Made by a program: the position numbers and the translations under genes
In this document: piece after piece, positions 9,151-21,129 of the stretch
Layout: each line of letters opens with the position of its first letter
How positions within the stretch are numbered: position 1 is the first letter of the stretch
Notes under the pieces: model-generated
Databases searched by the model: none
Told to the model about the DNA's origin: nothing
What the model saw: only the letters and a program-made list of their open reading frames with translations
DNA from: an uncultured Acidobacteriota bacterium
GTDB taxonomy: Bacteria > Acidobacteriota > Vicinamibacteria > Vicinamibacterales > CAVVIG01
Assembly: GCA_963755195.1 (NCBI GenBank)
Contig: CAVWIZ010000003.1
Span: 44,154 to 108,153 of the forward strand
Direction: 5' to 3'
Length of the DNA stretch: 64,000 nt

Positions 9151-9681
9151 ATGACGTTGAGGCTGCGCAAATACTGGTCCGATATCCTCAAGCCGGCCTT
9201 GGCGCGAGAGGAGCCACCGACGATTCCGCAGGCGGTCGTTCTGCGTGACCAGGACGTGCTCCTGGTGCAACGCGACAGCCCCGCGCTCTGGGAACTTCCC
9301 GGCGGCGGCGTTCGTGCCGGTGAAACGCCCGAAGATGCGGCGCGCCGCGAGGTGGAAGAAGAGACGGGCGTTCGAATCGAGATCGTCGAACTGCTGGGTT
9401 GGTACGATCGGACCGGCTTCCGAGCCCATCGTTCGCCGACCTTCATCTGCCGGCCGCTCCACGCGAGTCCGAGACGCCCCACCGACGATGTCGTCGATGC
9501 TCGCTATTTCCCTCTCACCAATCTGCCCCGAGCCATGTTTCCGTGGTATCGGTCGATTCTTCTAAGCGACCTGGCGGTCGCGAGGCCACGGCCCCTGCAG
9601 CGGCGGCAGCACCTGGGTTTGTCCGTGGTGCTCGAGTGCGTGTGGCTCGATGTCGGCGCTCGCCTTGGCTTGATCCACTGA
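9151..9681 (+). CDS. NUDIX hydrolase
   Basis: 176-aa ORF. Nudix box GGGVRAGETPEDAARREVEEETG. Confidence 0.8.
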   Translation: MTLRLRKYWSDILKPALAREEPPTIPQAVVLRDQDVLLVQRDSPALWELPGGGVRAGETPEDAARREVEEETGVRIEIVELLGWYDRTGFRAHRSPTFICRPLHASPRRPTDDVVDARYFPLTNLPRAMFPWYRSILLSDLAVARPRPLQRRQHLGLSVVLECVWLDVGARLGLIH

Positions 9682-9709
9682 CGTCCAGGCGGCGATCTCC
9701 ACACAAACA

Positions 9710-10658
9710 CTACTCAGGGCTCTTCAGTCGGTAGCGATTCGTCGTGATGAAGTCTCGCGTGGATCGCACGTCGCGATCCACTCCGTTCATCGTGTCGATC
9801 ATGTCCAGCGTGAATACCGGGTCGCCGATGTGCCAGGAATGCTCCCGATTGCCGATGACCGGTTGAGAGCCTGGAATCGACGTCCAATAGTCACTGCAGT
9901 CCACGTTCACCGCGTGCGGCGGCGCGGAGTCGGGCAGACCCACACGTCCGGCCCGTGGGGCCACCCGCACGCTTCACATTCGACAGCGCCAGCACGCCGT
10001 CGTGACGGTTCGAGCAGCAGGTCAGACGCGTGCAATTGCGGTAGAGACCCTCCATGCGATGATCCTCGACCCGAAGCGACCTCGACGAAATGTCGCCCGC
10101 GATCAGCATGGCCTGGCCGACGCGCCACGTTTGTCCGGTGAGGTCGTCGGCATCATCAGCGGCGGTGAACGCCTCTCGCGTGACGTACGCGCCCATCGAG
10201 TGCGCCAGAATATGAATGTTCACGGTGCAGTCTGGTTCCAGGAGCGATGCGAGCAGCATGATGCCGTCGCTGACCAGTTGCAACGCGCTGCGATTGGCGT
10301 CGCCCAGATCCTCCAGGTAGAACGCGCCGACGTCGCCACTGGGCCAGTCGAAGCTGACCACGACCCCGGGAAACCGGGCGTTGCTGAGATCGTCGCGCAG
10401 TCGCCGGTGGCGCTGCATGACCGTCTTCTGATCGTTGTTGTACCCGTGGACGAACACGAGCACGTTCGCCGAGCCGTTCGATCTCCCCGCTCGCGCCGCA
10501 CGCTGCACACGTTTGGCCCATTCTCCGCGCTCCAGACGCTGACGTGCTATCGGCTGCGGTTGCTCGTCCCCCTCAATCGCCAGGTACGATGAGGGGGCCG
10601 GCTCGCTGCCAAACTTCCGCCCCTTCACGTTCCGGGCGCAAATCACAAAGTCGGTCAT
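9710..10658 (-). pseudogene. alpha/beta hydrolase (DUF900-like), frame-disrupted near 9960-9975
   Basis: ORF 9891..10658 (VLVFVHGYNN...ILAHSMGA nucleophile elbow) loses sense after ...LALSNVKR. ORF 9710..9970 continues as RVAPRAGRVGLPDSAPPHAVNVDCSDYW in the +1 frame. Confidence 0.6.
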
Positions 10659-10782
10659 GGGCGAATCCTCCCATTCCGCGAGTCAGCGCCGTTCTCACTT
10701 GGCGACATGATCGCACAAGACGGCTGGCACCGGCGGCCGACGTGCACACGTTACTAGACGCGTGGGTCGCCTATCTCATCAA

Positions 10783-11664
10783 TCAGGGTCCGAACCGGCG
10801 CGTGGCGTCGGCAACGACCATGTCGGCGAACGCGAGGACATCGTTGCGTCTCGCAACCGGTGTCCGATACAGCGAACCGCCGACGGGCGCTTGACGGATT
10901 CGCAGGTCGTCGATCATCTCGGCGAACGCGCTGGTCACATCCGGCCTGGCCCGGTCGGCCCGCCGAATGCGCAGCGCTTCGTTCAGAGCGCGGTGCCATT
11001 GTTCGGGAAATGTCTCAATTCCGTAGCAGCCTGCTTCTTCCTTGGAACCGATCTTCCCGGTGGCCAGCGTGTAGTGGAGCCGACACACACCCAATGCCAC
11101 CCACACCGCGCCGTACGACGTGAACGCGGTGATGCTCCACGGATCCGGAAAGCGACGTGCGCGTTTGAGCAGCGGTCGCCAATAACTGTCAAAGTTGTTC
11201 AGCGTCCACGAGGCCAATGCCGCGCGATCCGTCCAGATGGCAAGCGCCGCCGGCTCTGCGCCGCGGCACCGCACGCCATGGTCGGCGATGGTGCGCCACG
11301 TCACCGGATCGCAGGCGTCTCGCCCCCGTGTGTGGAAACGGCCTTCGTACGAGAACGGCCCGGGATCGGCCTGTCGCGGGTCGCGCGCCAGGTCGTTCCA
11401 CGTCACATACCGGCCGTCAAAGAATGGCCGAGGGCAGCGATTCCGCAAACGGGTGTGGGCCCGGCGGAGGGCCGCGAGAGCGGACGCGTCAGGATGCGTC
11501 GACGTGACGGCGAGAAAGTCGATGTCGCTCGTATGAGGACGAAACTCGCCAAGCGCGATCGAGCCAGTCAGGTAAAGGCCTTCAACCAGGCCGGGAGCGG
11601 CCGCGTCGACCGATTCCAAATACGCATCGACCACTGGCTGAACCCGATGGGGCAAAGACATCAC
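10783..11664 (-). CDS. nucleotidyltransferase, AadA/ANT(3'')-like (NTase domain plus DUF4111-like C-terminus)
   Basis: 293-aa ORF. GLYLTGSIALGEFRPHTSDIDFLAV NTase motif; C-terminal half resembles adenylyltransferase helical domains. Confidence 0.6.
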   Translation of the reverse strand: MMSLPHRVQPVVDAYLESVDAAAPGLVEGLYLTGSIALGEFRPHTSDIDFLAVTSTHPDASALAALRRAHTRLRNRCPRPFFDGRYVTWNDLARDPRQADPGPFSYEGRFHTRGRDACDPVTWRTIADHGVRCRGAEPAALAIWTDRAALASWTLNNFDSYWRPLLKRARRFPDPWSITAFTSYGAVWVALGVCRLHYTLATGKIGSKEEAGCYGIETFPEQWHRALNEALRIRRADRARPDVTSAFAEMIDDLRIRQAPVGGSLYRTPVARRNDVLAFADMVVADATRRFGP

Positions 11665-11693
11665 CTACCAGCCCGATTACCTGAACCGACGGA

Positions 11694-11909
11694 TCATCGA
11701 AGGCTGCCACCGTCCCACTCGTGTTTCGGATCTGGAAGGAAAACCAGTCCGTGAGCGCCACCAACATGAAACTGGGAGATCACGAGCCACCCCCCAGGAA
11801 CCTTGGCACGCTCGGTGAGGTACTTCGAGTCCAGAATGCCGTCGACCTCTCGCTTCGTATTCAGCGTTTCCCACTTGAGCTGTGGTGTGGCCGTCTGTGT
11901 CCTATCCAT
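11694..11909 (-). CDS. hypothetical small protein
   Basis: 71-aa ORF in a locally lower-GC stretch. Non-repetitive, protein-like sequence; no family recognised. Confidence 0.4.
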   Translation of the reverse strand: MDRTQTATPQLKWETLNTKREVDGILDSKYLTERAKVPGGWLVISQFHVGGAHGLVFLPDPKHEWDGGSLR

Positions 11910-12048
11910 TTCTGCAATCTCCTCTTTGAGCTGCCAACGTCCGTTTCACGTTTCTTCGTCCGCCGCTACCGACCCGCCGAATCTACGAACACGGTGTCCG
12001 CCGCCAATTCTTCGAAGCACAGATTGACTGTCCGGCCAATCGCACAGG

Positions 12049-12555
12049 TCAGTCGGTGAAGACGGTGAGCTTGCGCCACTGAATCAACCACTTGCCGTTG
12101 CGCTTGACGAGTCGGTCTTCGGAGCGGCCCATCGCCGCCGCGGTCATCTTGCCGTCCTGGTCGCGACGCACGGTCTGCCAGTACGACTGGTGCACGGCTT
12201 CGTCAGGTGCCGGAAACGTGATGCGCACGTTGCTGATCACGTGGTACAGATTCGACGTCGGCAGTCCCTTCGCCTTGTTGTCGTCGCGCCGCTTTATCAG
12301 GCTTGTGACGATCTTGCGAATCTCTTCGTGTCCTTTGCTGATGCTCCCATTCGAGTCGATGACGGCGTCTTCGGTGAACACGGCAACGTAGCCTTCCGGA
12401 TCGAGTGAGTCCACCGTCCACACATAACGCGCCATCACGTCCTCGACCGCGATGCGGTCTTCGTAGGTACCGAGATTCCCCTGCGCCGTGACGAGAACCG
12501 GCGCCATGAGTAGCGCGAGAAAAGTCGCGCGATGCACGTGCATGGATTGTGTCAT
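12049..12555 (-). CDS. SnoaL-like/NTF2-like domain protein, secreted
   Basis: ORF 12049..12585. Signal peptide FLALLMAPVLVTAQG. The DRIAVEDVMARYVWTVD...WLIQWRKLTV layout is typical of NTF2-like folds. Start uncertain (12585, 12555 or 12543). Confidence 0.65.
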   Translation of the reverse strand: MTQSMHVHRATFLALLMAPVLVTAQGNLGTYEDRIAVEDVMARYVWTVDSLDPEGYVAVFTEDAVIDSNGSISKGHEEIRKIVTSLIKRRDDNKAKGLPTSNLYHVISNVRITFPAPDEAVHQSYWQTVRRDQDGKMTAAAMGRSEDRLVKRNGKWLIQWRKLTVFTD

Positions 12556-12673
12556 CCCGTTTCCTCTCGATGAAGATTGATGCACGGAGCCTACTCCGAA
12601 GTTCGTTTACGCGCCAGCCTGGCTTGGCCTTCAAACGAGCCTGCATGCCCATGAGACGGTCGTTGGCGGCCGA

Positions 12674-13234
12674 CTACTTGAGTCCCAGCGGTTTGCCGGC
12701 CGCAAGAAGGCGAATCGCCTCCTGCAGGCGTCTGAGCTTTGTCTCCTCGCGCTTGGCGGACTCGATCCAGCCGACATACCGCCGCCGATGCGAGGGCGCA
12801 AGCCCCTGGAAGTACCGCCATGCCGCCGGCCGTTTCCGTAGCGCCGCCTGAATGTACCGGGGCAGCGTTGCCGGCATCTGGAACCGTGGCGGTCGCGGAT
12901 CAGAGGTGCGGTCCGTCGGCGCGCGATTGATTCCGGCTGGCTGCAATCGACCGCTGGCTTTCAATGCCGCGTAGCGCTTCCGGTTGATGGCTGACCACCG
13001 GCTATCCGCTTTCCTGGGGGTGAACTTCCGCGCGTAGCGAGAGTCGTCCAAACGTTTGACCAGGCTGTCCACCCAGCCAAAGCACAACGCCTCGTCGAGT
13101 GCGTCCGAGTACGCTATCGATCGACGACCCGTGTGGACCTTGTAGAAGACGAGCCACACCTCCGACTCGGAATCGTGGTGCTCGACGAGCCACGTGCGCC
13201 ACCGGTCGGCAGTCCGAGCTACGAGTGTCTTCAC
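12674..13234 (-). CDS. YdeI/OmpD-associated family protein
   Basis: 186-aa ORF. WRTWLVEHHDSESEVWLVFYK...ALCFGWVDS...RRLQEAIRLLAAGK pattern of the YdeI family. GTG start overlaps the upstream stop (GTGA). Confidence 0.75.
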   Translation of the reverse strand: MKTLVARTADRWRTWLVEHHDSESEVWLVFYKVHTGRRSIAYSDALDEALCFGWVDSLVKRLDDSRYARKFTPRKADSRWSAINRKRYAALKASGRLQPAGINRAPTDRTSDPRPPRFQMPATLPRYIQAALRKRPAAWRYFQGLAPSHRRRYVGWIESAKREETKLRRLQEAIRLLAAGKPLGLK

Positions 13235-13476
13235 GGTTTGTGATGCGGGGGCCCCAGTTTAGTCCCTGCGATACGTGACGGTGTTCGACGTGGAAGCGAT
13301 GTTCGAGCCACGATCGGAAGAGATTGAGCCACATCCGGTCCCGAGCGTTCTGAAGCCACCAACACCCACCGCCCGGAAAAGTCCGGTTTATCTTGTGCCG
13401 CCCCGGTCGTGGCAAGTGCCCCGACAAGCGGGATCGACAACCATCGTGCTTGTCGCATCAGACGTCGGGGTGCCAC
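13231..13476 (-). CDS. hypothetical small secreted protein (possibly truncated)
   Basis: 81-aa ORF with a signal-peptide-like N-terminus followed by DFSGRWVLV. The C-terminal half is low quality. Its stop is coupled (GTGA) to the ydeI-like start. Confidence 0.3.
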   Translation of the reverse strand: MAPRRLMRQARWLSIPLVGALATTGAAQDKPDFSGRWVLVASERSGPDVAQSLPIVARTSLPRRTPSRIAGTKLGPPHHKP

Positions 13477-13504
13477 AGAACCGGTTGTGAGTCGATCACC
13501 CTGG

Positions 13505-14185
13505 TCAGCGAGCGCACGGAATCGTCTTCTCTTCCAACAGCCTGGTCGCCTCCAGTCGCAACGACTCGTGCTTGGAGCGCCGCGCCTGATCGAGGGATTC
13601 GTAGGACATGCACCTCACGACTTCGTCCTCGTCCCGGAGCGCGGCCTGCAGGAGGAACGGAAGAGCCTTCCTGGTTGCCTCCAGGACCTCGGTCGTTGGC
13701 TCGTCCAGCCCCTCTGTGAGCTCATCGAATGCGAACGCCGCACTGCGCCGCAGAAAGACATCCTTCTCGGTGAGCATGGCCGCCATCACAGGGATCCCTT
13801 CGACTCTGTCCACCACCAACAATGCGGCTTGGCGCTTCAGCATGAGGTCGTCCGGCGAACTGGCTTCGCAATGCCCCGTTGCGATGTTGATCAGCGTCGT
13901 GGTGACGAGAAGCGGCTCGAGTTTCAGCTCGTTCAGGATAAGCGATGCGACCCACTGCAATCGACATCCGTGTCGGTCCCGCAGGGCACCGATGAGCTCC
14001 GGAGCTGCCGATGAGCCGAGGGCAATCAGTTGTGAGACCGCATCGATTGCCACGCGGTCGTCCTTGTCTTCCAGCCGTGTCAGAAGCACCGGAACGGCCG
14101 CGGACGAGCGAGCCGCCTGGTTCTGGGCCAGACCCGCCGCGCCGAGCGCCAGGATCATCACGAGCGTTCCCATTTGCGCCCCCAT
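13505..14185 (-). CDS. HEAT-repeat-containing protein, secreted
   Basis: 226-aa ORF with repeated helical units (LLTRLEDKDDRVAIDAV.., LRDEDEVVRCMSYESL) typical of HEAT/PBS lyase repeats. Confidence 0.6.
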   Translation of the reverse strand: MGAQMGTLVMILALGAAGLAQNQAARSSAAVPVLLTRLEDKDDRVAIDAVSQLIALGSSAAPELIGALRDRHGCRLQWVASLILNELKLEPLLVTTTLINIATGHCEASSPDDLMLKRQAALLVVDRVEGIPVMAAMLTEKDVFLRRSAAFAFDELTEGLDEPTTEVLEATRKALPFLLQAALRDEDEVVRCMSYESLDQARRSKHESLRLEATRLLEEKTIPCAR

Positions 14186-14410
14186 TTGTCAGTTGCGATG
14201 TCCGTCCAACGTGATGGCGCTCGCCCGCGGCTCCTGTAAGACGGCCTTCATTCGGTTTGCCATTTCTCACGTGCTGTCCTGATGCAGTTCCTCGGGCCCA
14301 GCAGCGAGAATTTCGGCGAGCGACAGCCCTATTGATAATGACGCGCGTCGGGCGCCGGTTCCCGCGAGAAGTTACACCGCCGTGTCCCGCAACAGCGATG
14401 CTAGCCGACG

Positions 14411-14812
14411 CTATCCGTGGGTTAGCCACCAAGCAGCACCGTACTCGCCTGTTGAAGCCTGAACGGTGACATCCGACAAGTCGTCCAGGTAATGGTGACC
14501 TGCGGTGGGTTCGCAAAGAGCGTCAATCTTGTCGGCGACTTGTTGCCAGCCCGCGGCCGAGCGCCTCCAGGCGAGGACGCCTGCATGCTGAAAGCGAGCA
14601 CCGTCGTCGCCGCTCACGCGGTATGCCAAGACCTGAAGGCCATGGTGGACTTCTACGAACGGTAAGTCCTGAATAGCGACAACCTCGATGTTGCGACTTG
14701 TGGCGAGCTTGCGAATGGCAAGCGCCAACGACCGCAAACCCTCGCTGTCACCTTCGATCAGCAAGGTGTCGCTCTCCTTGAAGTCTTTGAAGAACCCAAT
14801 GTGAACGTGCCC
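14411..14812 (-). CDS. hypothetical protein
   Basis: ORF 14411..14866 with likely start MGHVHIGFFKDFK (14812). Lower-GC islet; no family recognised. Confidence 0.45.
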   Translation of the reverse strand, partial: GHVHIGFFKDFKESDTLLIEGDSEGLRSLALAIRKLATSRNIEVVAIQDLPFVEVHHGLQVLAYRVSGDDGARFQHAGVLAWRRSAAGWQQVADKIDALCEPTAGHHYLDDLSDVTVQASTGEYGAAWWLTHG

Positions 14813-14980
14813 CATGGTTCGTGCTGGCCGGGCTACGCGTCCCGCGCAGCCGCGAGCGGCGGTCAACCTCTTGCGAAGGTGTCTAAGCCAAAATCGCCGC
14901 TCGTCGGCTGCAGCGGCTTAGGTGTCGAGTGCTTGAACAGACGACGGGCTAACGCACCGGCTCGCCGGCGGCGCCGGATG

Positions 14981-15292
14981 TTAGACATCGGATGGAAGCG
15001 CGGTCACACGCCAACGAAAACGCTCACGAAAATCGTCGAAACACCCTTTGCAGATCCACCGATACTGATCGACGATGCAGTAGCCTTCGTGAAGAACGTC
15101 GGGAAGGTCCTCAACCATGAACTTCGCCCAGCAAAACTCGCAATGGTCGTGGTCCCAGTCGGGATTCTTGGGATACTGCCCATACTTCCGCCACACCAGC
15201 TCGACTCCTGCAAGATAGACCTCCTGCCCCTGAAGGCGCCAGTCTGAGTCTTGTACCTCCGTCATTCTTCGTAAGTCTAACTTGGTTCTCAT
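14981..15292 (-). CDS. hypothetical Cys/His-rich small protein
   Basis: 103-aa ORF. DHDHCEFCW...WICKGCFDDF suggests a zinc-binding motif. Visibly lower GC than its surroundings. Confidence 0.5.
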   Translation of the reverse strand: MRTKLDLRRMTEVQDSDWRLQGQEVYLAGVELVWRKYGQYPKNPDWDHDHCEFCWAKFMVEDLPDVLHEGYCIVDQYRWICKGCFDDFRERFRWRVTALPSDV

Positions 15293-15360
15293 TGAGACCT
15301 TGAACGAGGACGAAAGCGCAGATACTGCGCGGTCGAATCAGGACTTCGTGCGCAGAATAC

Positions 15361-15609
15361 TCAACTCACGGCCGCCGCTGAGGCGGGGAGGAGCGAATCG
15401 ACCTTCATATTCAGGGACGCGAACCTTTCAGCCAGGATGCGGATGTCGTCGCGCAGGCTTTCGGTGATCACCTCGACATGTCGCCTGCTCTCCGCGAAAC
15501 CGTCGCGCATGCGGGCCTCCAACTGTTCGATGTCCTTCCGCAGCGAGGACTCGACTTTGCGCAGATCCACGCGTAGAGAGTCGACGGCTTCGGCTGTTTC
15601 GGTATCCAT
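15361..15609 (-). CDS. hypothetical coiled-coil small protein
   Basis: 82-aa ORF with a heptad-like charged sequence. A hairpin GGTAGGACGG-AGGC-CCGTCTACC directly precedes the ATG. Confidence 0.4.
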   Translation of the reverse strand: MDTETAEAVDSLRVDLRKVESSLRKDIEQLEARMRDGFAESRRHVEVITESLRDDIRILAERFASLNMKVDSLLPASAAAVS

Positions 15610-15670
15610 GGTAGACGGGCCTCCGTCCTACCATCGTCGCTATGCGAATCGTGTGCCGCTCGTGGACACA

Positions 15671-15697
15671 CCAATTACCAAATTACCCAATCACCCG
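15671..15697 (-). repeat. YGGGTAAT octamer array (3-4 units), 10 nt after the nuoN stop
   Basis: Minus strand reads TGA-ATCTGTTCAT-CGGGTGAT-TGGGTAAT-TTGGTAAT-TGG. Confidence 0.8.
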
Positions 15698-15707
15698 ATG
15701 AACAGAT

Positions 15708-17149
15708 TCAGAAAATGGTGCTGATGGAGGCGGCGGCCCAGTCGAGCACGCGCGCGGGCAGGATGCCGAGGTAGACAATCACGAGCGCCGACACGACGAG
15801 CGCGGCGCCGGCAATCTTCGGCACGGCCGGAAACCGCGCCATCGTCTCGCCCGACGGCGTCATGTACATCATGACGACGATGCGCAGATAGAAGAAGACC
15901 GAGACGACGCTGGTGAGCACGCCGATGATGGCGAGCCAGGTGTAGCCGGCCTTGACGGCCGCGCTGAAGACATACCACTTCGCGATGAACCCGGCCATCG
16001 GCGGGAACCCGCCGAGCGAAAGCATGAAGATCGTCATCAGGGCCGCGAGCACCGGGTGATCGTTCCAGAGTCCGGCGTAGTCGGTCACCTTGTCGTTCGG
16101 CCGGTCCGCGTCTTCGAGCAGACCGATGACGCCAAACGCGCCGAGGTTGGTGATCGCGTACGTCAGCAGGTAGAACAGCACCGCGCCCTTGCCGAGGTCG
16201 TTGCCGGACACGAGCGCGAGCAGCAGGTATCCGCCGTGCGCGATGCTCGAGTACGCCAGCATCCGCTTGACGTTGGTCTGCGCCACCCCCACCACGGTCC
16301 CGACGATCATCGTCGCCGCCGCGACGGGCCAGAGGACGGCGCCCCAGCTGTCGCGGAGCGGTTCGAAGGCCGCGAGAAACACGCGGACGAACGCCGCAAA
16401 AGCGGCCGCCTTGACGCCGGTGGACATGAATCCGGTGACCGCCGGCGGCGCGCCTTCGTAGGCGTCCGGTGTCCACATGTGAAACGGCACCGCCGACACC
16501 TTGAACGCGAACCCCACGAGCAGGAGACCCAGGGCCAGCATCAGCATCGGCGTGGGCGTCGTCGCCTGCGCCGCCACCATGGCGCCAATGCGGTCGAGCC
16601 GCGTGCTCCCCGTCAGCCCGAACGTGAATGCAATGCCGTACAGGAAAAACGCGCTCGAAAACGCGCCGAGCAGAAAATACTTGAAGGCGGCCTCGGTGGC
16701 GATGGGCGAGTCACGTCGAATGCCCGTCAGGACGTACACGGCAATCGAGAGCACCTCGAGGGCGAGGAAGATCACGAGCAGATCGGAAGCGGTCGCCATG
16801 AGCATCATGCCGGCGAGGGCAAACAGCATCAACGCGTAGTACTCGCCGCGCGGCAGACGCTCCCGATCGACGGTCGGCGCCGACAACGCCAGCGAGAGCA
16901 GCCCGACGGCAATCAGTACGCCCGTGACGAACAGCCCGAAGTTGTCGGCCACGACGACGCCGAAACTCGATGCGTTGTGATTCCAGAGCACCGCGCACGC
17001 CAGGGCGGCGCCGATGAGGCCGATGACGCCGAGCGGCGCAATCGGCATCCGCTCGCCGGGGACGCTGAAGGCCTCCGCAATCATCGCGGCGATGGCGGCT
17101 GCCGTCACGCAGGCCATCGGCACGATCGCGTTAAAGGAGCCTGATGCGA

Positions 17150-17153
<4 letters not shown>
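15708..17153 (-). CDS. nuoN: NADH-quinone oxidoreductase subunit N
   Basis: 481-aa polytopic ORF. FKVSAVPFHMWTPDAYEGAP antiporter-like motif; last gene of the nuo operon. Confidence 0.92.
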
Positions 17154-18738
<1,585 letters not shown>

Positions 18739-18739
<1 letters not shown>

Positions 18740-20739
18740 CAGAGCCAGAGGTAATACCCGAGTATCAGGACCACGCCCAGGAACAGCGACGCGGCGTACA
18801 CACGCACGGAGCCCGTCTGCACGAGACGCAACCATTCGGCGCCGCCGGCAACCGTCCGGCCGACGCCGTTGACGGCGCGGTCGATCACGCCGATATCCAC
18901 GCCCTTCCACAGGCCGTCCTCGGAGACGATCTGAATCGGCTGGACGATGGCGGCGTCGTAGATTTCGTCCACGTAGTACTTGTTCGCGAGCACGCGGTGA
19001 ACGCCGGAGAACTGCTCGGCCATCCGGTCTGATGCGGCGCGGTTCTTCAGGAAGAAGTACCCCGCGATGCCGATGCCCGCCAGCGCGACAACAACCGAGA
19101 CGATCATCAGCGTCGTCTCCGGTCCGCCGTGGAGGGCGACCTCGCCACCAGTCGCGCCAAAACTCGGCTCGAGGAAGTGCTCGAACCGCGCGCCGATGCC
19201 CACCCAGCCGGCGGCGATGGCGCCAACGGCGAGCACGACGAGGGCAAGAGCCATCGCGGGCGGCGCATCATGAAGATGGTTCGAATGCCTCGAGTGGTTC
19301 GAGGGGTTCAAGGGGTTCGAGAGGTTCGGATCGTCGCCGTGCGACAACTCGTCCACTTGCGGGGTCGACGTGAAGCCCGAAGGCCCAGCCTGCGGGGCCG
19401 AAGCGAAACGCGAAGGCCCGTGGAAGGTCATGAAGACCAGGCGGAACATGTAGGTTGCCGTCAGCAGCGCCGTCAGCAGGCCGACCGCCCAAAGCAGCGT
19501 GTGGCCGCTGGCGAAGGTGCGGAACAGGATTTCGTCCTTGCTGAAGAAGCCGGCAAACGGCGGCACGCCGGCAATGGCGACCGCACCGATGACGAACGTC
19601 CAGTACGTGATCGGCAGATCTTTTCTCAGTCCGCCCATCTTCCGCATGTCCTGCTCGCCGGCAAGCGCGTGAATCACGGCGCCCGACCCGAGAAACAACA
19701 GCGCTTTGAAGAACGCGTGCGTGTAGAGATGGAAGATGCCGGCGGAGTAGGCGCCGACACCCATGGCCAGAAACATGTAGCCGAGCTGCGAAACGGTCGA
19801 GTACGCGAGGACACGCTTGATGTCGTTCTGCACGAGGCCGATCGTGCCGGCCAGGAGCGCCGTTGCCGTCCCGACAATCGCGACAATCGTCAACGTCAGC
19901 GGCGCATGGCTGAACAGCACGGCATTGCGTCCAATCATGTACACCCCGGCCGTCACCATCGTGGCCGCATGGATGAGGGCGGAGACGGGCGTGGGGCCTT
20001 CCATCGCGTCGGGCAGCCACACAAACAACGGGATCTGGGCGGATTTCCCCGTGGCGCCGATAAAGAGCAGGAGCGTGATGATGGACACCGTACCGAACGT
20101 GGTCTCTGGACTCAACGCGGCGACGCCGCGCGCAACGTCCTGGAAGTCGAGCGAACCGAACCGTACCACGATGAGCAGCACGCCGAGGATGAATCCCCAG
20201 TCGCCGATGCGGTTGACGATGAACGCCTTCTTGCCGGCATCGGACGCGGACTGTTTCTGGTACCAGAAGCCGATGAGCAAGTACGAGCAGAGCCCGACGC
20301 CTTCCCACCCGACGAACATCACCAGGAAATTCGAGCCCAGCACGAGCACGAGCATGAACGCGGCGAACAGGTTCAGGTAGGAGAAGTACCGGGCGTACTC
20401 AGCGTCTGTTTCTTCGTGCATGTACGCGGTTGAGTACACGTGGATCAGCAACCCGATCCCGGTGACGACAAGAATCATGACGGCCGCGAGCGGATCGAGC
20501 CGCAGCGTCAGACCCACCGAGAAGTCGCCCGAGCTGATCCACGTGAACGCGCGCTGGACGAGGGAGCGGCTCTCCGGGGCGAGCGACACGAGCCTGGCCA
20601 CTCCCGCCGCCGACACCGCAAACGACAGAAACATCGCGCCGCACGCGATCGCCCCCGCCGCCGGCTTGCTCAGACGGCGGCCGAGGCCGGCGTTCAGCAG
20701 GAACCCGACAAACGGCAGGAGCGGAATCAGTAACAGCAT
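18739..20739 (-). CDS. nuoL: NADH-quinone oxidoreductase subunit L
   Basis: ORF 18739..20757. GKSAQIPLFVWLPDAMEGPTPVSALIHAATMV motif. ATG 20739 is preferred because GTG 20757 lies inside the repeat hairpin. Confidence 0.92.
19278..19331 (-). repeat. coding 9-nt tandem repeat x6 in a nuoL loop
   Basis: Plus strand reads GGTTCGAAT-GCCTCGAGT-GGTTCGAGG-GGTTCAAGG-GGTTCGAGA-GGTTCGGAT. It encodes ..DPNLSNPLNPSNHSRHSNH.. in NuoL. Confidence 0.75.
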
Positions 20740-20753
20740 CGAACCAAAGGCAA

Positions 20754-20815
20754 CCACGAAGACACGAAGGCACGAAAGATCAGAGGCTCTTCTTCGTGTT
20801 TTCGTGCTTTCGTGG
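20754..20815. repeat. CACGAAG octamer-array hairpin between nuoK and nuoL
   Basis: CCACGAAGA-CACGAAGG-CACGAAAG, a 13-nt loop, then CTTCGTGT-TTTCGTGC-TTTCGTGG. Three direct units face three inverted units. Confidence 0.85.
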
Positions 20816-20824
20816 CCATGTTTT

Positions 20825-21127
20825 CTACCATTTGAGCGCCGTGGCCGTGTCGGGGTTGAGCGACTCGCGGTGGCGGAACAGCCCGATCACAATGGCCAGA
20901 CCGACGGCGGCCTCCGCGGCGGCGACGGTCATGACGAAGAACACGATGATCTGCCCGTCCACCGTGCCCTGGGCGCGCCCGAACGCGACGAAGCTCAGGT
21001 TGACCGCGTTCAGCATGATTTCAATCGACAGCAGGATCGTGATGATGTTGCGGCGCACGAACACACCCGCCGTCCCGATACAGAACAGCACCGCCGACAA
21101 GATCAGATAGTCGCCAAGCGTGGGCAA
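20825..21127 (-). CDS. nuoK: NADH-quinone oxidoreductase subunit K
   Basis: C-terminal 100 codons of ORF 20825..21346 ([26 protein letters not shown]...[12 protein letters not shown]). Putative TTG start at 21127, just after the nuoJ stop; start uncertain. Confidence 0.85.
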   Translation of the reverse strand: MPTLGDYLILSAVLFCIGTAGVFVRRNIITILLSIEIMLNAVNLSFVAFGRAQGTVDGQIIVFFVMTVAAAEAAVGLAIVIGLFRHRESLNPDTATALKW

Positions 21128-21129
21128 CG

